A stretch of 64,000 bases of DNA from a virus: positions 1-64,000 of IMG/VR virus record IMGVR_UViG_3300008116_000011; one strand, 5' to 3'. The notes beneath the pieces were generated by a model. The model was not told the origin of the DNA, did not search any database, and worked only from the letters and a program-made list of their open reading frames with translations. The position numbers and the translations under genes were made by a program. The first letter of the stretch is position 1; every line of letters begins with the position of its first letter. Shown here one piece after another: positions 57,306-64,000 of this stretch.

Positions 57306-57461
57306 CTGTCAGGGAAGGATTCGAACCTTCACGCAGCGATTCAATAAGCAACAAATTAAGCCGGCTTTGTGGTCAACCCCTATTACTTATCTATTTCGAT
57401 ATCTGCGCCCACGAGACGAGTGGGTGTGTCTGCCGTGTAGCTACCCTTTCACCACCTGACA
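57306..57461 (-). ncRNA. Non-canonical tRNA-like RNA (156 nt) with expanded D-loop and ~80-nt variable arm
   Basis: Acceptor TGTCAGG/CCTGACA + G; T-arm GAAGG TTCGAAT CCTTC; stem CCCAC/GTGGG with loop TCGTCTC. Confidence 0.75.
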
Positions 57462-57463
57462 AT

Positions 57464-57664
57464 TTACTGTTTCCTTTCTTTATACAATCTAATCCATGTC
57501 ATAGAAACATCCACAGCCATTAATACTGGGGCCATAACTAGTATAGCTAATGTTTCTAATCCTGGCGATGCATAAAGTGGATCTTCATTTCTTTTAGAGT
57601 AACTTGTATACATTTTGTACACACAGTAAATAACCGAAATAATATAAATTAATGTTAATATCAT
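57464..57664 (-). CDS. Small membrane protein
   Basis: Two hydrophobic segments; promoter at 57669-57700. Confidence 0.55.
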   Translation of the reverse strand: MILTLIYIISVIYCVYKMYTSYSKRNEDPLYASPGLETLAILVMAPVLMAVDVSMTWIRLYKERKQ

Positions 57665-57714
57665 ATGTTAAATATACGTTAAAAAAATAGGGTAACCAAA
57701 AATGGTTACCCTAA

Positions 57715-58055
57715 AAAATTGATGGGAATAACGATTACCCACAATCCCTGGACGGACCCCTTTTCACCTATAGTCCACAAAGATGATCAGTCTAAGTGTT
57801 AAGACTAGCTGGATTGTCTACCAGCAACGCCTGCGGAGATCGTCTTGATTTATCTTCGGCGTATCCAGAGCACTGTTGGGTTGCGCATTCTACCCTTAGT
57901 GATGGTGGTTTTAACTCATCCGTCTGTGATACCCAACTCAACGGTTTTTCAACCGTCTCGCCAGTGCCTTAGTCCCTCTCAAGAACTTATTCAGCCACAG
58001 TTTGTAAATGACTTAGCCTGGGACAGTGAACCAGGAGAACTGTGCTAAGTACTTG
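57715..58055 (-). ncRNA. Candidate ~340-nt structured non-coding RNA
   Basis: Elevated GC, many helices, GAAA tetraloop, TATTTATA at 58060-58067 upstream, hairpin + T-tract downstream. Confidence 0.6.
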
Positions 58056-58059
58056 TGTA

Positions 58060-58119
58060 TATAAATATATCAAAGATCTAGAAAACCGCTAATTTATTTA
58101 TTTTTTTTTAATATTTATA
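58060..58119. promoter_or_regulatory. Divergent TATTTATA late-promoter-like motifs (minus 58060-58067, plus 58112-58119)
   Basis: Same octamer precedes many minus-strand structural genes. Confidence 0.6.
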
Positions 58120-58153
58120 CTCGATCTATTATTATTAACTAAAACAATTTATT

Positions 58154-58321
58154 ATGAAAGATCAATTATTAGGACTTATCAGACATGCTTTAACCTTTGT
58201 TGGTGGTATTGTTGTTACTAAAGGTTTAATTGATGAAAGTTTGTCTCAAGAAGTAATCGGTGGTATTATGACGTTGGTTGGTGCTGTTTGGTCCATCGTT
58301 TCTAAAAAGAAAGTTGCTTAA
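58154..58321 (+). CDS. Putative holin (55 aa, two TM; not in ORF track)
   Basis: MKDQLLGLIRHALTFVGGIVVTKGLIDESLSQEVIGGIMTLVGAVWSIVSKKKVA; RH.LT..GG and WS motifs. Confidence 0.7.
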   Translation: MKDQLLGLIRHALTFVGGIVVTKGLIDESLSQEVIGGIMTLVGAVWSIVSKKKVA

Positions 58322-58338
58322 TATTATTTAACAATTTT

Positions 58339-58373
58339 AAAAGAGGGGTTGATTAATATCAATCCCTTTTTTT
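58339..58373. terminator. Bidirectional intrinsic terminator
   Basis: aaaagaggggttgat-taat-atcaatccc-ttttttt between convergent holin and tRNA. Confidence 0.7.
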
Positions 58374-58376
58374 ATG

Positions 58377-58463
58377 TGCCTCCAGCGGGAATCGAACCCG
58401 CACGAACTTTTTCGGTTCACAGGATTTTAAGTCCTGCGTGTCTACCAATTCCACCACAAAGGC
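58377..58463 (-). tRNA. trnL: tRNA-Leu(TAA)
   Basis: GCCTTTG..GGTAGACAC..CAGGA CTTAAAA TCCTG, long variable arm, GGTTCGATTCC; CCA not encoded. Confidence 0.95.
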
Positions 58464-58473
58464 AAATATTGTG

Positions 58474-58547
58474 AGCCACCTGTAGGAATCGAACCCACAA
58501 CCCTCTGAGTACAAATCAGATGCTCTACCAAATTGAGCTAAGGTGGC
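58474..58547 (-). tRNA. trnT: tRNA-Thr(TGT)
   Basis: GCCACCT..TCTGA TTTGTAC TCAGA..GGTTCGATTCC..AGGTGGC. Confidence 0.95.
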
Positions 58548-58550
58548 TTA

Positions 58551-58642
58551 TTAGGTAAGTAGAAGATGGGTGCGTGGACATCTACTTTTACGATTGGCAT
58601 TTCTTTACGCTCTTGCGTTCCGTCATATCCCAATCAACCTAA
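58551..58642 (-). ncRNA. Candidate ~90-nt three-way-junction RNA
   Basis: TTAGGT/ACCTAA, GATTGG/CCAATC, ACGC-AAGA-GCGT, AAGTAG/CTACTT. Confidence 0.55.
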
Positions 58643-58649
58643 TTTTAAT

Positions 58650-58889
58650 TTACTTAATTACTTCTCTTTTGGTAGGATTTCCTAGTTCTCCATCTTTTGC
58701 TGGGAAAACTTCTTCTACAGGTGAACCTCCACCTTGAATAACTCCTACTGAAGAATCAGCAACTGCTACTGAGTCAGCAACTACTGTAGAATCTACTACT
58801 AATGAATCTACTGGTTGAGATTCACTTGATGAGCCGTTGCAGCTAGTAAGTGCAACTAATGTGGCCAAAGCCATAACTGTTTTTTTCAT
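58650..58889 (-). CDS. Small lipoprotein with D-S-x repeats
   Basis: Signal peptide with lipobox LTSC; VDSL, VDST, ADSV, ADSS. Confidence 0.7.
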   Translation of the reverse strand: MKKTVMALATLVALTSCNGSSSESQPVDSLVVDSTVVADSVAVADSSVGVIQGGGSPVEEVFPAKDGELGNPTKREVIK

Positions 58890-58900
58890 ATTTCTATTTT

Positions 58901-59302
58901 TTATTTTACTCTGTAAACTGGTACTTTAAGTCCAACAAATCTTAATCGATCATTGAAAGAACTTGTAAATGCTAATCTAACTTGGTGAGATAATTTAAAA
59001 TCTAAACCAAACATCGGTTCAAAAGTGTGATTTTGAATGTATGCTCCACTTAACTGGATTCCTAATTTTTCTTTCCAGAAGGAATGTCTGAATCCGACAG
59101 TAGAAACATCATACCCAGCAAGAACTTTAGAATAGGTTCCAACTGCATGTAAATTTTTGGTTAAGTGGCCGCTAACTTCTACTTGGGAAAAACCATAATT
59201 TTTACCTCTGTAGGTTACATTTCCTCCTTGAACAGATACTACTTGTGCTTTGATTGCTGCTGTGCTTAACATCAGAACAACCATTAAAAATAGTTTTTTC
59301 AT
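58901..59302 (-). CDS. Signal-peptide beta-strand-rich protein (small outer-membrane beta-barrel-like)
   Basis: MKKLFLMVVLMLSTAAIKAQ; alternating amphipathic strands. Confidence 0.55.
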   Translation of the reverse strand: MKKLFLMVVLMLSTAAIKAQVVSVQGGNVTYRGKNYGFSQVEVSGHLTKNLHAVGTYSKVLAGYDVSTVGFRHSFWKEKLGIQLSGAYIQNHTFEPMFGLDFKLSHQVRLAFTSSFNDRLRFVGLKVPVYRVK

Positions 59303-59339
59303 TTTGTTTTTTGTTTTTTAATTAATAAATATAAATCAG

Positions 59340-59726
59340 TGGAGATAGTGGGATTCGAACCCACGTCTCCGAAAGAGACAATAATACTAACGTCTCACAT
59401 GCTTAGTACTGCTTGCGCTGCACCGTAAGGGCTGACCTGGTTAGGGTCAAATTCCACCACTTGATTTTATGACTATCAAGAAAACTAACTCACAGTCCTT
59501 ATTTAACGAGTCGATCGTGAATACTCGGTGGTATTCTGTTCCTAGGTTACTCACACCCGATGCGGACTAAGCAAATGTTGCTTCGTCGGCGCCTACGAAC
59601 GCCATAAGGTCGTCGAAGGTCATGGTTGACATTTCGTCATTTATTGTTTAGTATCTTCTAAGGCAGTATACTCAAATGCCTGCATGTAGTATTACCTCTG
59701 CATCCGGATCAATACCGGTTATCCCC
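59340..59726 (-). ncRNA. ssrA: tmRNA
   Basis: 5' GGGGATA pairs with 3' TATCTCC-A (G3-U70); T-arm GTGGG TTCGAAT CCCAC; tag ORF 59638-59567 after ATAAAT. Confidence 0.9.
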
Positions 59727-59745
59727 ATATGTTAAAGAACTAGTA

Positions 59746-59777
59746 TAAATATACAATACTATGTTTAGGTCTCCAAA
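59746..59777 (-). promoter_or_regulatory. Bacteroidota-type promoter for tmRNA
   Basis: TTTG-N20-TATATTTA. Confidence 0.75.
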
Positions 59778-59778
59778 C

Positions 59779-60174
59779 TTAAAGTTTCTTAATAGTATTA
59801 ATCAAATCATCTACTGCATTTTTCTTTTTTTTGCGAGATGATTTTTTAGGAAGTCCTTTTATTATTTTTTCCTTGGCCTTCATTATTTCAGCACATAACT
59901 CATATTCTTCATTTTCAACTAAAATATCCATATTTGCTTCTAATGTTTCAAGAAAACTACTTTCATCAACATTTAAGCAAACTATTTCTTTAGAATTAGG
60001 AATTATAATTTCAGCAAATGTTGTTTTTGATTTGCCAAATTTAATACAATGTAATATAGCCTCAACTATCTTTTTAGATATTTCATCCCTATGAGTATCA
60101 AATACAGATTTGGGATCATTTGTTCTTATAGACAAAGGCTCAAATATTATTATATTTGCTTTAGGATTTACCAT
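59779..60174 (-). CDS. Hypothetical protein with UvrB/C-like motif
   Basis: ENEEYELCAEI; paralog of 61794-62192. Confidence 0.6.
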   Translation of the reverse strand: MVNPKANIIIFEPLSIRTNDPKSVFDTHRDEISKKIVEAILHCIKFGKSKTTFAEIIIPNSKEIVCLNVDESSFLETLEANMDILVENEEYELCAEIMKAKEKIIKGLPKKSSRKKKKNAVDDLINTIKKL

Positions 60175-60349
60175 CAGTATCAATTTTCTTTACCTTTGAT
60201 TCAGGTACAGGGATAGGCTTTGGCGGTGGTGGAGCTATACTAGCCTCATAGCTAGTTATACATTGATCACAGCATAATTTTCCATCAGATGCTGTTCTTC
60301 TTTGACATCCACAAGATAGTTGGGTATTACAATTGTTACAAAGTTTCAT
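60161..60349 (-). CDS. Small Cys-rich protein
   Basis: CNNC...SCGCQ...CCDQC. Confidence 0.55.
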   Translation of the reverse strand: MKLCNNCNTQLSCGCQRRTASDGKLCCDQCITSYEASIAPPPPKPIPVPESKVKKIDTDGKS

Positions 60350-60396
60350 ATTATTACTATTTACCAATAAATATTATTAATATATACTTTTTCCTT

Positions 60397-60591
60397 TTAT
60401 TGTTTATTGTAATCGTTTTGTTTTTTCTTTAATTCTAGCCATTCCATTTGTAATGCTAGTGAAGCACCCATTTGATGTAAATCAGGTAAAGTTAATTCAC
60501 TTAGTGGTGGCATTTTTTTCTTTTTAAAGAATGATTTGTCTACTTTCCTATCTGCTTTACTTTGTGCTTCGTCTTTTGTTTGAATAGCCAT
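60397..60591 (-). CDS. Hypothetical protein
   Basis: ATG at 60591. Confidence 0.5.
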   Translation of the reverse strand: MAIQTKDEAQSKADRKVDKSFFKKKKMPPLSELTLPDLHQMGASLALQMEWLELKKKQNDYNKQ

Positions 60592-60601
60592 TATATTAAT
60601 T

Positions 60602-60811
60602 TTAAACAATTACATCTACAATAGGTGAAGTAATAGCGGCTTTAATTTCAAAATTACGCTCACTTCTTTCTACTAAATACTTAGTCATTTTAGCTTCTGC
60701 TTCTGTAACCGATACAGCATCAATAAGGTAATCTACTTTTTGTCTTTTAATTTTACCTTTTTCGTCTTCAAGTTGAAATTCAACTTTAACTGTGTAATAC
60801 TTGTTTTCCAT
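60602..60811 (-). CDS. DUF4494-like protein
   Basis: YLIDAVSVTEAEAK motif. Confidence 0.7.
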   Translation of the reverse strand: MENKYYTVKVEFQLEDEKGKIKRQKVDYLIDAVSVTEAEAKMTKYLVERSERNFEIKAAITSPIVDVIV

Positions 60812-60836
60812 AATCTATTTTTTGTGTTTATAAATA

Positions 60837-61481
60837 TTATTTTTGATATGCTATAAATTCAGATCCCGGTTCATCATCATCGTCATCTTCATCCCACAAA
60901 CCTAATGATTTCATGTTTTCAATTTGCTCAGGTGATAAATCCCACTCATGTGGTACGGCTTTAACTTCAGTGTTATCTTCAATATGTCTAATTTGGTCCT
61001 GAGTTAGTGGGTCAGCAACATATAGGAAATAGCAATTGTAGCAGTATAATTCTAAATTGTCAATTAGATAGTTACATTTATTATTATCTTTAAAATGTAA
61101 TAACAATGGTGTTTTATAATCTGTTATTCGACGCTCATTAAATCCACAATGATAACATTCATCTTTTAAATACGCCTCAGCTATTAATCGTGACTTAATT
61201 TTTTCAGGTGTAAATGATTCCCAACCTGTACCGGTTTCAACAATTTGTTTTACATTTGGATCTTTACGTTTATTAGGTAAGAATTTAGGAATACCTTTAC
61301 CTGATTGATTTTTATGTAGTTCAAATAATGTTGGGCCGTCATCTTCTAGTTTATACAATTTAGCCCAAGGTTTATAGTGTTGGTATGATACTCCTAAATA
61401 GCGAGCAGCAGCACGATTTGATTTTGTAAATCGCATTGCACGCAATATATCTTCTTTACTTAGTGGTTTTGGAGCAGGCAT
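60837..61481 (-). CDS. HTH + degenerate HNH-like protein
   Basis: AAARYLGVS; CYHC...LHFKD...NLELYCYNC. Confidence 0.65.
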   Translation of the reverse strand: MPAPKPLSKEDILRAMRFTKSNRAAARYLGVSYQHYKPWAKLYKLEDDGPTLFELHKNQSGKGIPKFLPNKRKDPNVKQIVETGTGWESFTPEKIKSRLIAEAYLKDECYHCGFNERRITDYKTPLLLHFKDNNKCNYLIDNLELYCYNCYFLYVADPLTQDQIRHIEDNTEVKAVPHEWDLSPEQIENMKSLGLWDEDDDDDEPGSEFIAYQK

Positions 61482-61885
61482 TACTTTTTAATAAATTGTT
61501 TTACTAATTCCCATAAATCTTCAATTCGCTCTAAAGGAATAATATTATCTTCACTATCGTAAAGAGGATTAATTGTTCCGTCTGGATTGGTTCTCTCATA
61601 GAGATAGAACATAATTAATTCTCCTGCATCTTTTCCAAATTGCATAAATATTAAGCTATCAATAATTTGAAAAAAAGGTTCATCATAATTACTTAAATCA
61701 ACAGCATAATCAACATGGAGCATAGAGCTCCTATTTATGATATGTTCTAATAAAGGAATAGTATTTAAAAAAAGCTCTCGTTGATTATCCTCATTAGTCT
61801 TTTTTCGACGTTTTAGTGTACTTTGAGCCCCTATTATTTGGTTTATCTGTTCTTGAAGCTTTTCTATATAATCTTTTTGTTCCAT
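61481..61885 (-). CDS. Hypothetical protein
   Basis: ORF track. Confidence 0.6.
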   Translation of the reverse strand: MEQKDYIEKLQEQINQIIGAQSTLKRRKKTNEDNQRELFLNTIPLLEHIINRSSMLHVDYAVDLSNYDEPFFQIIDSLIFMQFGKDAGELIMFYLYERTNPDGTINPLYDSEDNIIPLERIEDLWELVKQFIKK

Positions 61886-62192
61886 AACTTGCTATTGATT
61901 CAATTAATTTTTGAATATCAGCACACACTTCATATTCTTCCATATCTGAAAAATATGTTTGGGCTTTTTCTAGAGATTGAGTCCAATCTGAACGATCAAG
62001 AGAAATATAATTTCCGCTTGAATTTAATTCTATTATAGTTGCTTCTGCTTGATTGCGTTCAGAAGCTTCTTTAATTGCTGATACGAGACTGTTAAATACC
62101 ACATTTTGGACCTGTGGGTTAATTTGAATTGCGTTAAAATCTACTCCATCTTGGAGAGTAATGTACAAATTTGGGATTTGTCTTCTACGCAT
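61794..62192 (-). CDS. Hypothetical protein with UvrB/C-like motif
   Basis: MEEYEVCADI. Confidence 0.6.
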   Translation of the reverse strand: MRRRQIPNLYITLQDGVDFNAIQINPQVQNVVFNSLVSAIKEASERNQAEATIIELNSSGNYISLDRSDWTQSLEKAQTYFSDMEEYEVCADIQKLIESIASYGTKRLYRKASRTDKPNNRGSKYTKTSKKD

Positions 62193-62201
62193 ATTTAAAA
62201 T

Positions 62202-62585
62202 TTAAGCAGGTTCAACGACAGGTTCAGAATTTCCTCCTTCAAGTGCAGATTTAACAAGCATTTTAATGTTACTCAATCTAATTAAGAATCCAATAACATT
62301 TTCATAAGGTACATCTAAATCAACATCTACACTTAGCATATGTGGTGCTAAGCCAGCATTCAATTTAGTTTTTAACTTTTGTGTTAATTCTTCTTTTTGG
62401 TTTGTAGTATATCCCTTAGGTAATATGAATTGTACCTTAACACCCTTTTTAGTTGGATTAGGATTAACGTCTAATTTTAAACGAGGTGAAGAAGGTACTT
62501 CTACTTCAGCATCAATATTTGCTTCAACTTCTTCTTCGGCTTCAAGAAATAATTTTAATTCCTCTAATATGCTTATTGGTTCCAT
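62202..62585 (-). CDS. Hypothetical protein
   Basis: DVNPNPTKKGVKVQF; TATTTATA upstream. Confidence 0.6.
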   Translation of the reverse strand: MEPISILEELKLFLEAEEEVEANIDAEVEVPSSPRLKLDVNPNPTKKGVKVQFILPKGYTTNQKEELTQKLKTKLNAGLAPHMLSVDVDLDVPYENVIGFLIRLSNIKMLVKSALEGGNSEPVVEPA

Positions 62586-62588
62586 GTA

Positions 62589-63521
62589 TTATTTTTGTAT
62601 AAATATTAAATCTTGTTCAAATGATTCTAATGATTTTACTGTAACTTTGGTATTTCCTAGCTCAAATGTACCTATTTCATTATTTTCAGCAACAATGTCA
62701 TTTAATTGGGTTAAGAATGTATAATCTTGTTGAGTAAAGGTACTAACATCTATTTCAACAACCACATTTGCTTTTTCAGGAGTAGATGTAAAGAATAAAT
62801 CTAAAGCATTAGTCAGGTCAGGGGTTGATATTCCTTTAATAGTATATGCTTTTTTATACACTTTGTTATATCTAGATATTCTAAAACCCCATTTTTTAAT
62901 GAATGCTAGGTTAGACAACATTTCTATTTCTTGATAATTGTCGGATCTTGATGTTTTGCTTACAAAGTGATAGACCATAGCTCCTGTAGTTACTTTGCAG
63001 CTATAACCTGCTAGTTTATATCTTAAATGTACATCATCATCTTCACAGAATTTTTTAAATGTGTATCCATCTATATCCAAATAATCTTCTTTGTAAACAG
63101 CAAAGAACAATTGTGAACCACCCTCTAATACCATATCATCACTATTGTATGAAAAGAATTTATCTTTATCGTATGTTTCAATATCTCTTCCACAATCAAA
63201 TATAGATTTACCTGGATAGGTATCTGTGTATATTGGCGGTTCTACTCGATGATAAACAAGTACCATTTTGCGCTCTATATACTTTAATATTGTCTCCACA
63301 AATCCAGGATGTGGAACCATGTCATTGTGCATTAATACTACTACTTCACCTTTTGCTTTAGCAACAGCATTATTATAGTTAATTCCTAAAGTAACATTAT
63401 CATTTACTTCAACTACAATTTCAACTTCATTTTCATTAGGATATAATTCTCTAATTTGTTGAATTGCAAAGTCAGTATATTTTTGATTAGATGAAGTCGC
63501 TGGTATTATTAAAGATATCAT
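62589..63521 (-). CDS. Glycosyltransferase family 2
   Basis: ISLIIP; YNNAV..AKGE...MHNDM; CEDDD; VYHF. Confidence 0.85.
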   Translation of the reverse strand: MISLIIPATSSNQKYTDFAIQQIRELYPNENEVEIVVEVNDNVTLGINYNNAVAKAKGEVVVLMHNDMVPHPGFVETILKYIERKMVLVYHRVEPPIYTDTYPGKSIFDCGRDIETYDKDKFFSYNSDDMVLEGGSQLFFAVYKEDYLDIDGYTFKKFCEDDDVHLRYKLAGYSCKVTTGAMVYHFVSKTSRSDNYQEIEMLSNLAFIKKWGFRISRYNKVYKKAYTIKGISTPDLTNALDLFFTSTPEKANVVVEIDVSTFTQQDYTFLTQLNDIVAENNEIGTFELGNTKVTVKSLESFEQDLIFIQK

Positions 63522-64000
63522 ATTTCATTTTGTTTTTGTTTGATGGGATTGGTTTTACAAATGAGTATTCATCAAATTTAGGCATTTGTCCCCATTTGTT
63601 TAAAAATTTTACAGCATTTCTGTGTTCTGTAATTCTTTGCCTTTCAGAGGATTGTCCATTATTTTCTTCTAGACGATGAGAACCTCTACCAGCGAAGTGC
63701 CAAATTACAGATTTTGTTGTTTGTACAAATCCAAATCCTTCATTTTGCATTCTAATAAACAAGTCCATATCTTCCCAAGATGTAGGGGCAAATAAAGCAT
63801 CATTACCTCCTATGTAATCCCAATCTTCTTTTCTAATTATATACCCACCTGCTCCTTCTCCTCTTCTAATTTGGATATCATTCATGCAACTAACTTCTCT
63901 TGAAAATTCTAAAAAAGCCTCTTCTTTAAAACCATCATGATATGCTCCAAAAGTATCTAATGGAGTAAATATTGTACCTGCTCTTTCATGATCATTAAAT
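63487..64000 (-). CDS. Glycosyltransferase family 2, C-terminal part (runs off window end)
   Basis: Frame open to window edge; IGGND..FAP.SWED.D; IWHF. Confidence 0.8.
   Translation of the reverse strand, partial: FNDHERAGTIFTPLDTFGAYHDGFKEEAFLEFSREVSCMNDIQIRRGEGAGGYIIRKEDWDYIGGNDALFAPTSWEDMDLFIRMQNEGFGFVQTTKSVIWHFAGRGSHRLEENNGQSSERQRITEHRNAVKFLNKWGQMPKFDEYSFVKPIPSNKNKMKYDIFNNTSDFI

Noticed and set aside
57306-57461. Ordinary tRNA-Asp(GTC)
   Set aside because: Lacks U33/R37 and has a class II D-arm and huge variable arm; reported as tRNA-like instead
57845-58048. 67-aa plus-strand ORF
   Set aside because: TTG start, atypical composition, lies within the structured RNA candidate
57715-58055. 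Group I intron or RNase P RNA
   Set aside because: No interrupted gene; P7-like pieces (tatagtcc, agacta) are in the wrong order; no GAGGAAAGUCC RNase P motif
1-64000. Stop-codon reassignment (TAG/TGA recoding)
   Set aside because: Genes are long and densely packed under the standard code; TAG ends several genes sensibly; no suppressor tRNA seen

Overview
AT-rich (visually ~28-30% GC), densely coding 64 kb segment of a large contractile-tailed (myo/jumbo-type) phage, almost entirely on the minus strand. A Bacteroidota host is inferred from repeated TTTG-N19/20-TAnnTTTA promoters, the lack of Shine-Dalgarno motifs, a DUF4494-like gene and D-S-[VLT] repeats in a lipoprotein. Left to right: (1) 0-8.7 kb, a cluster of modular cargo-like proteins, several sharing an N-terminal MIKLxxIL(x)E leader, with ADP-ribosyltransferase, nucleotidyltransferase, ParB-like and HEXXH domains; (2) 8.8-11 kb, exonuclease, primase and a GIY-YIG protein; (3) 11.6-34.4 kb, tail/baseplate module (gp6-, gp25-, gp5-like) containing a 2350-aa Thr/Pro mucin-like protein that appears inserted into a split tail gene; (4) a gp55-like late sigma factor; (5) 36.5-47 kb, early small-ORF region with many repeated promoter/hairpin cassettes and a GC-rich island; (6) 47-57 kb, glycosyltransferases, nucleases and phosphoesterases; (7) 57.3-59.7 kb, an RNA cluster (non-canonical tRNA-like RNA, ~340-nt structured RNA, tRNA-Leu, tRNA-Thr, ~90-nt structured RNA, tmRNA with an unusually long tag); (8) small genes and GT2 glycosyltransferases. 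Best candidates for undescribed systems: the MIKL-leader / Glu-bounded cargo cassette array, the split tail gene with mucin plus glycosylation machinery, and the novel ncRNAs. All family calls come from motif recognition by eye; no database searches were run.
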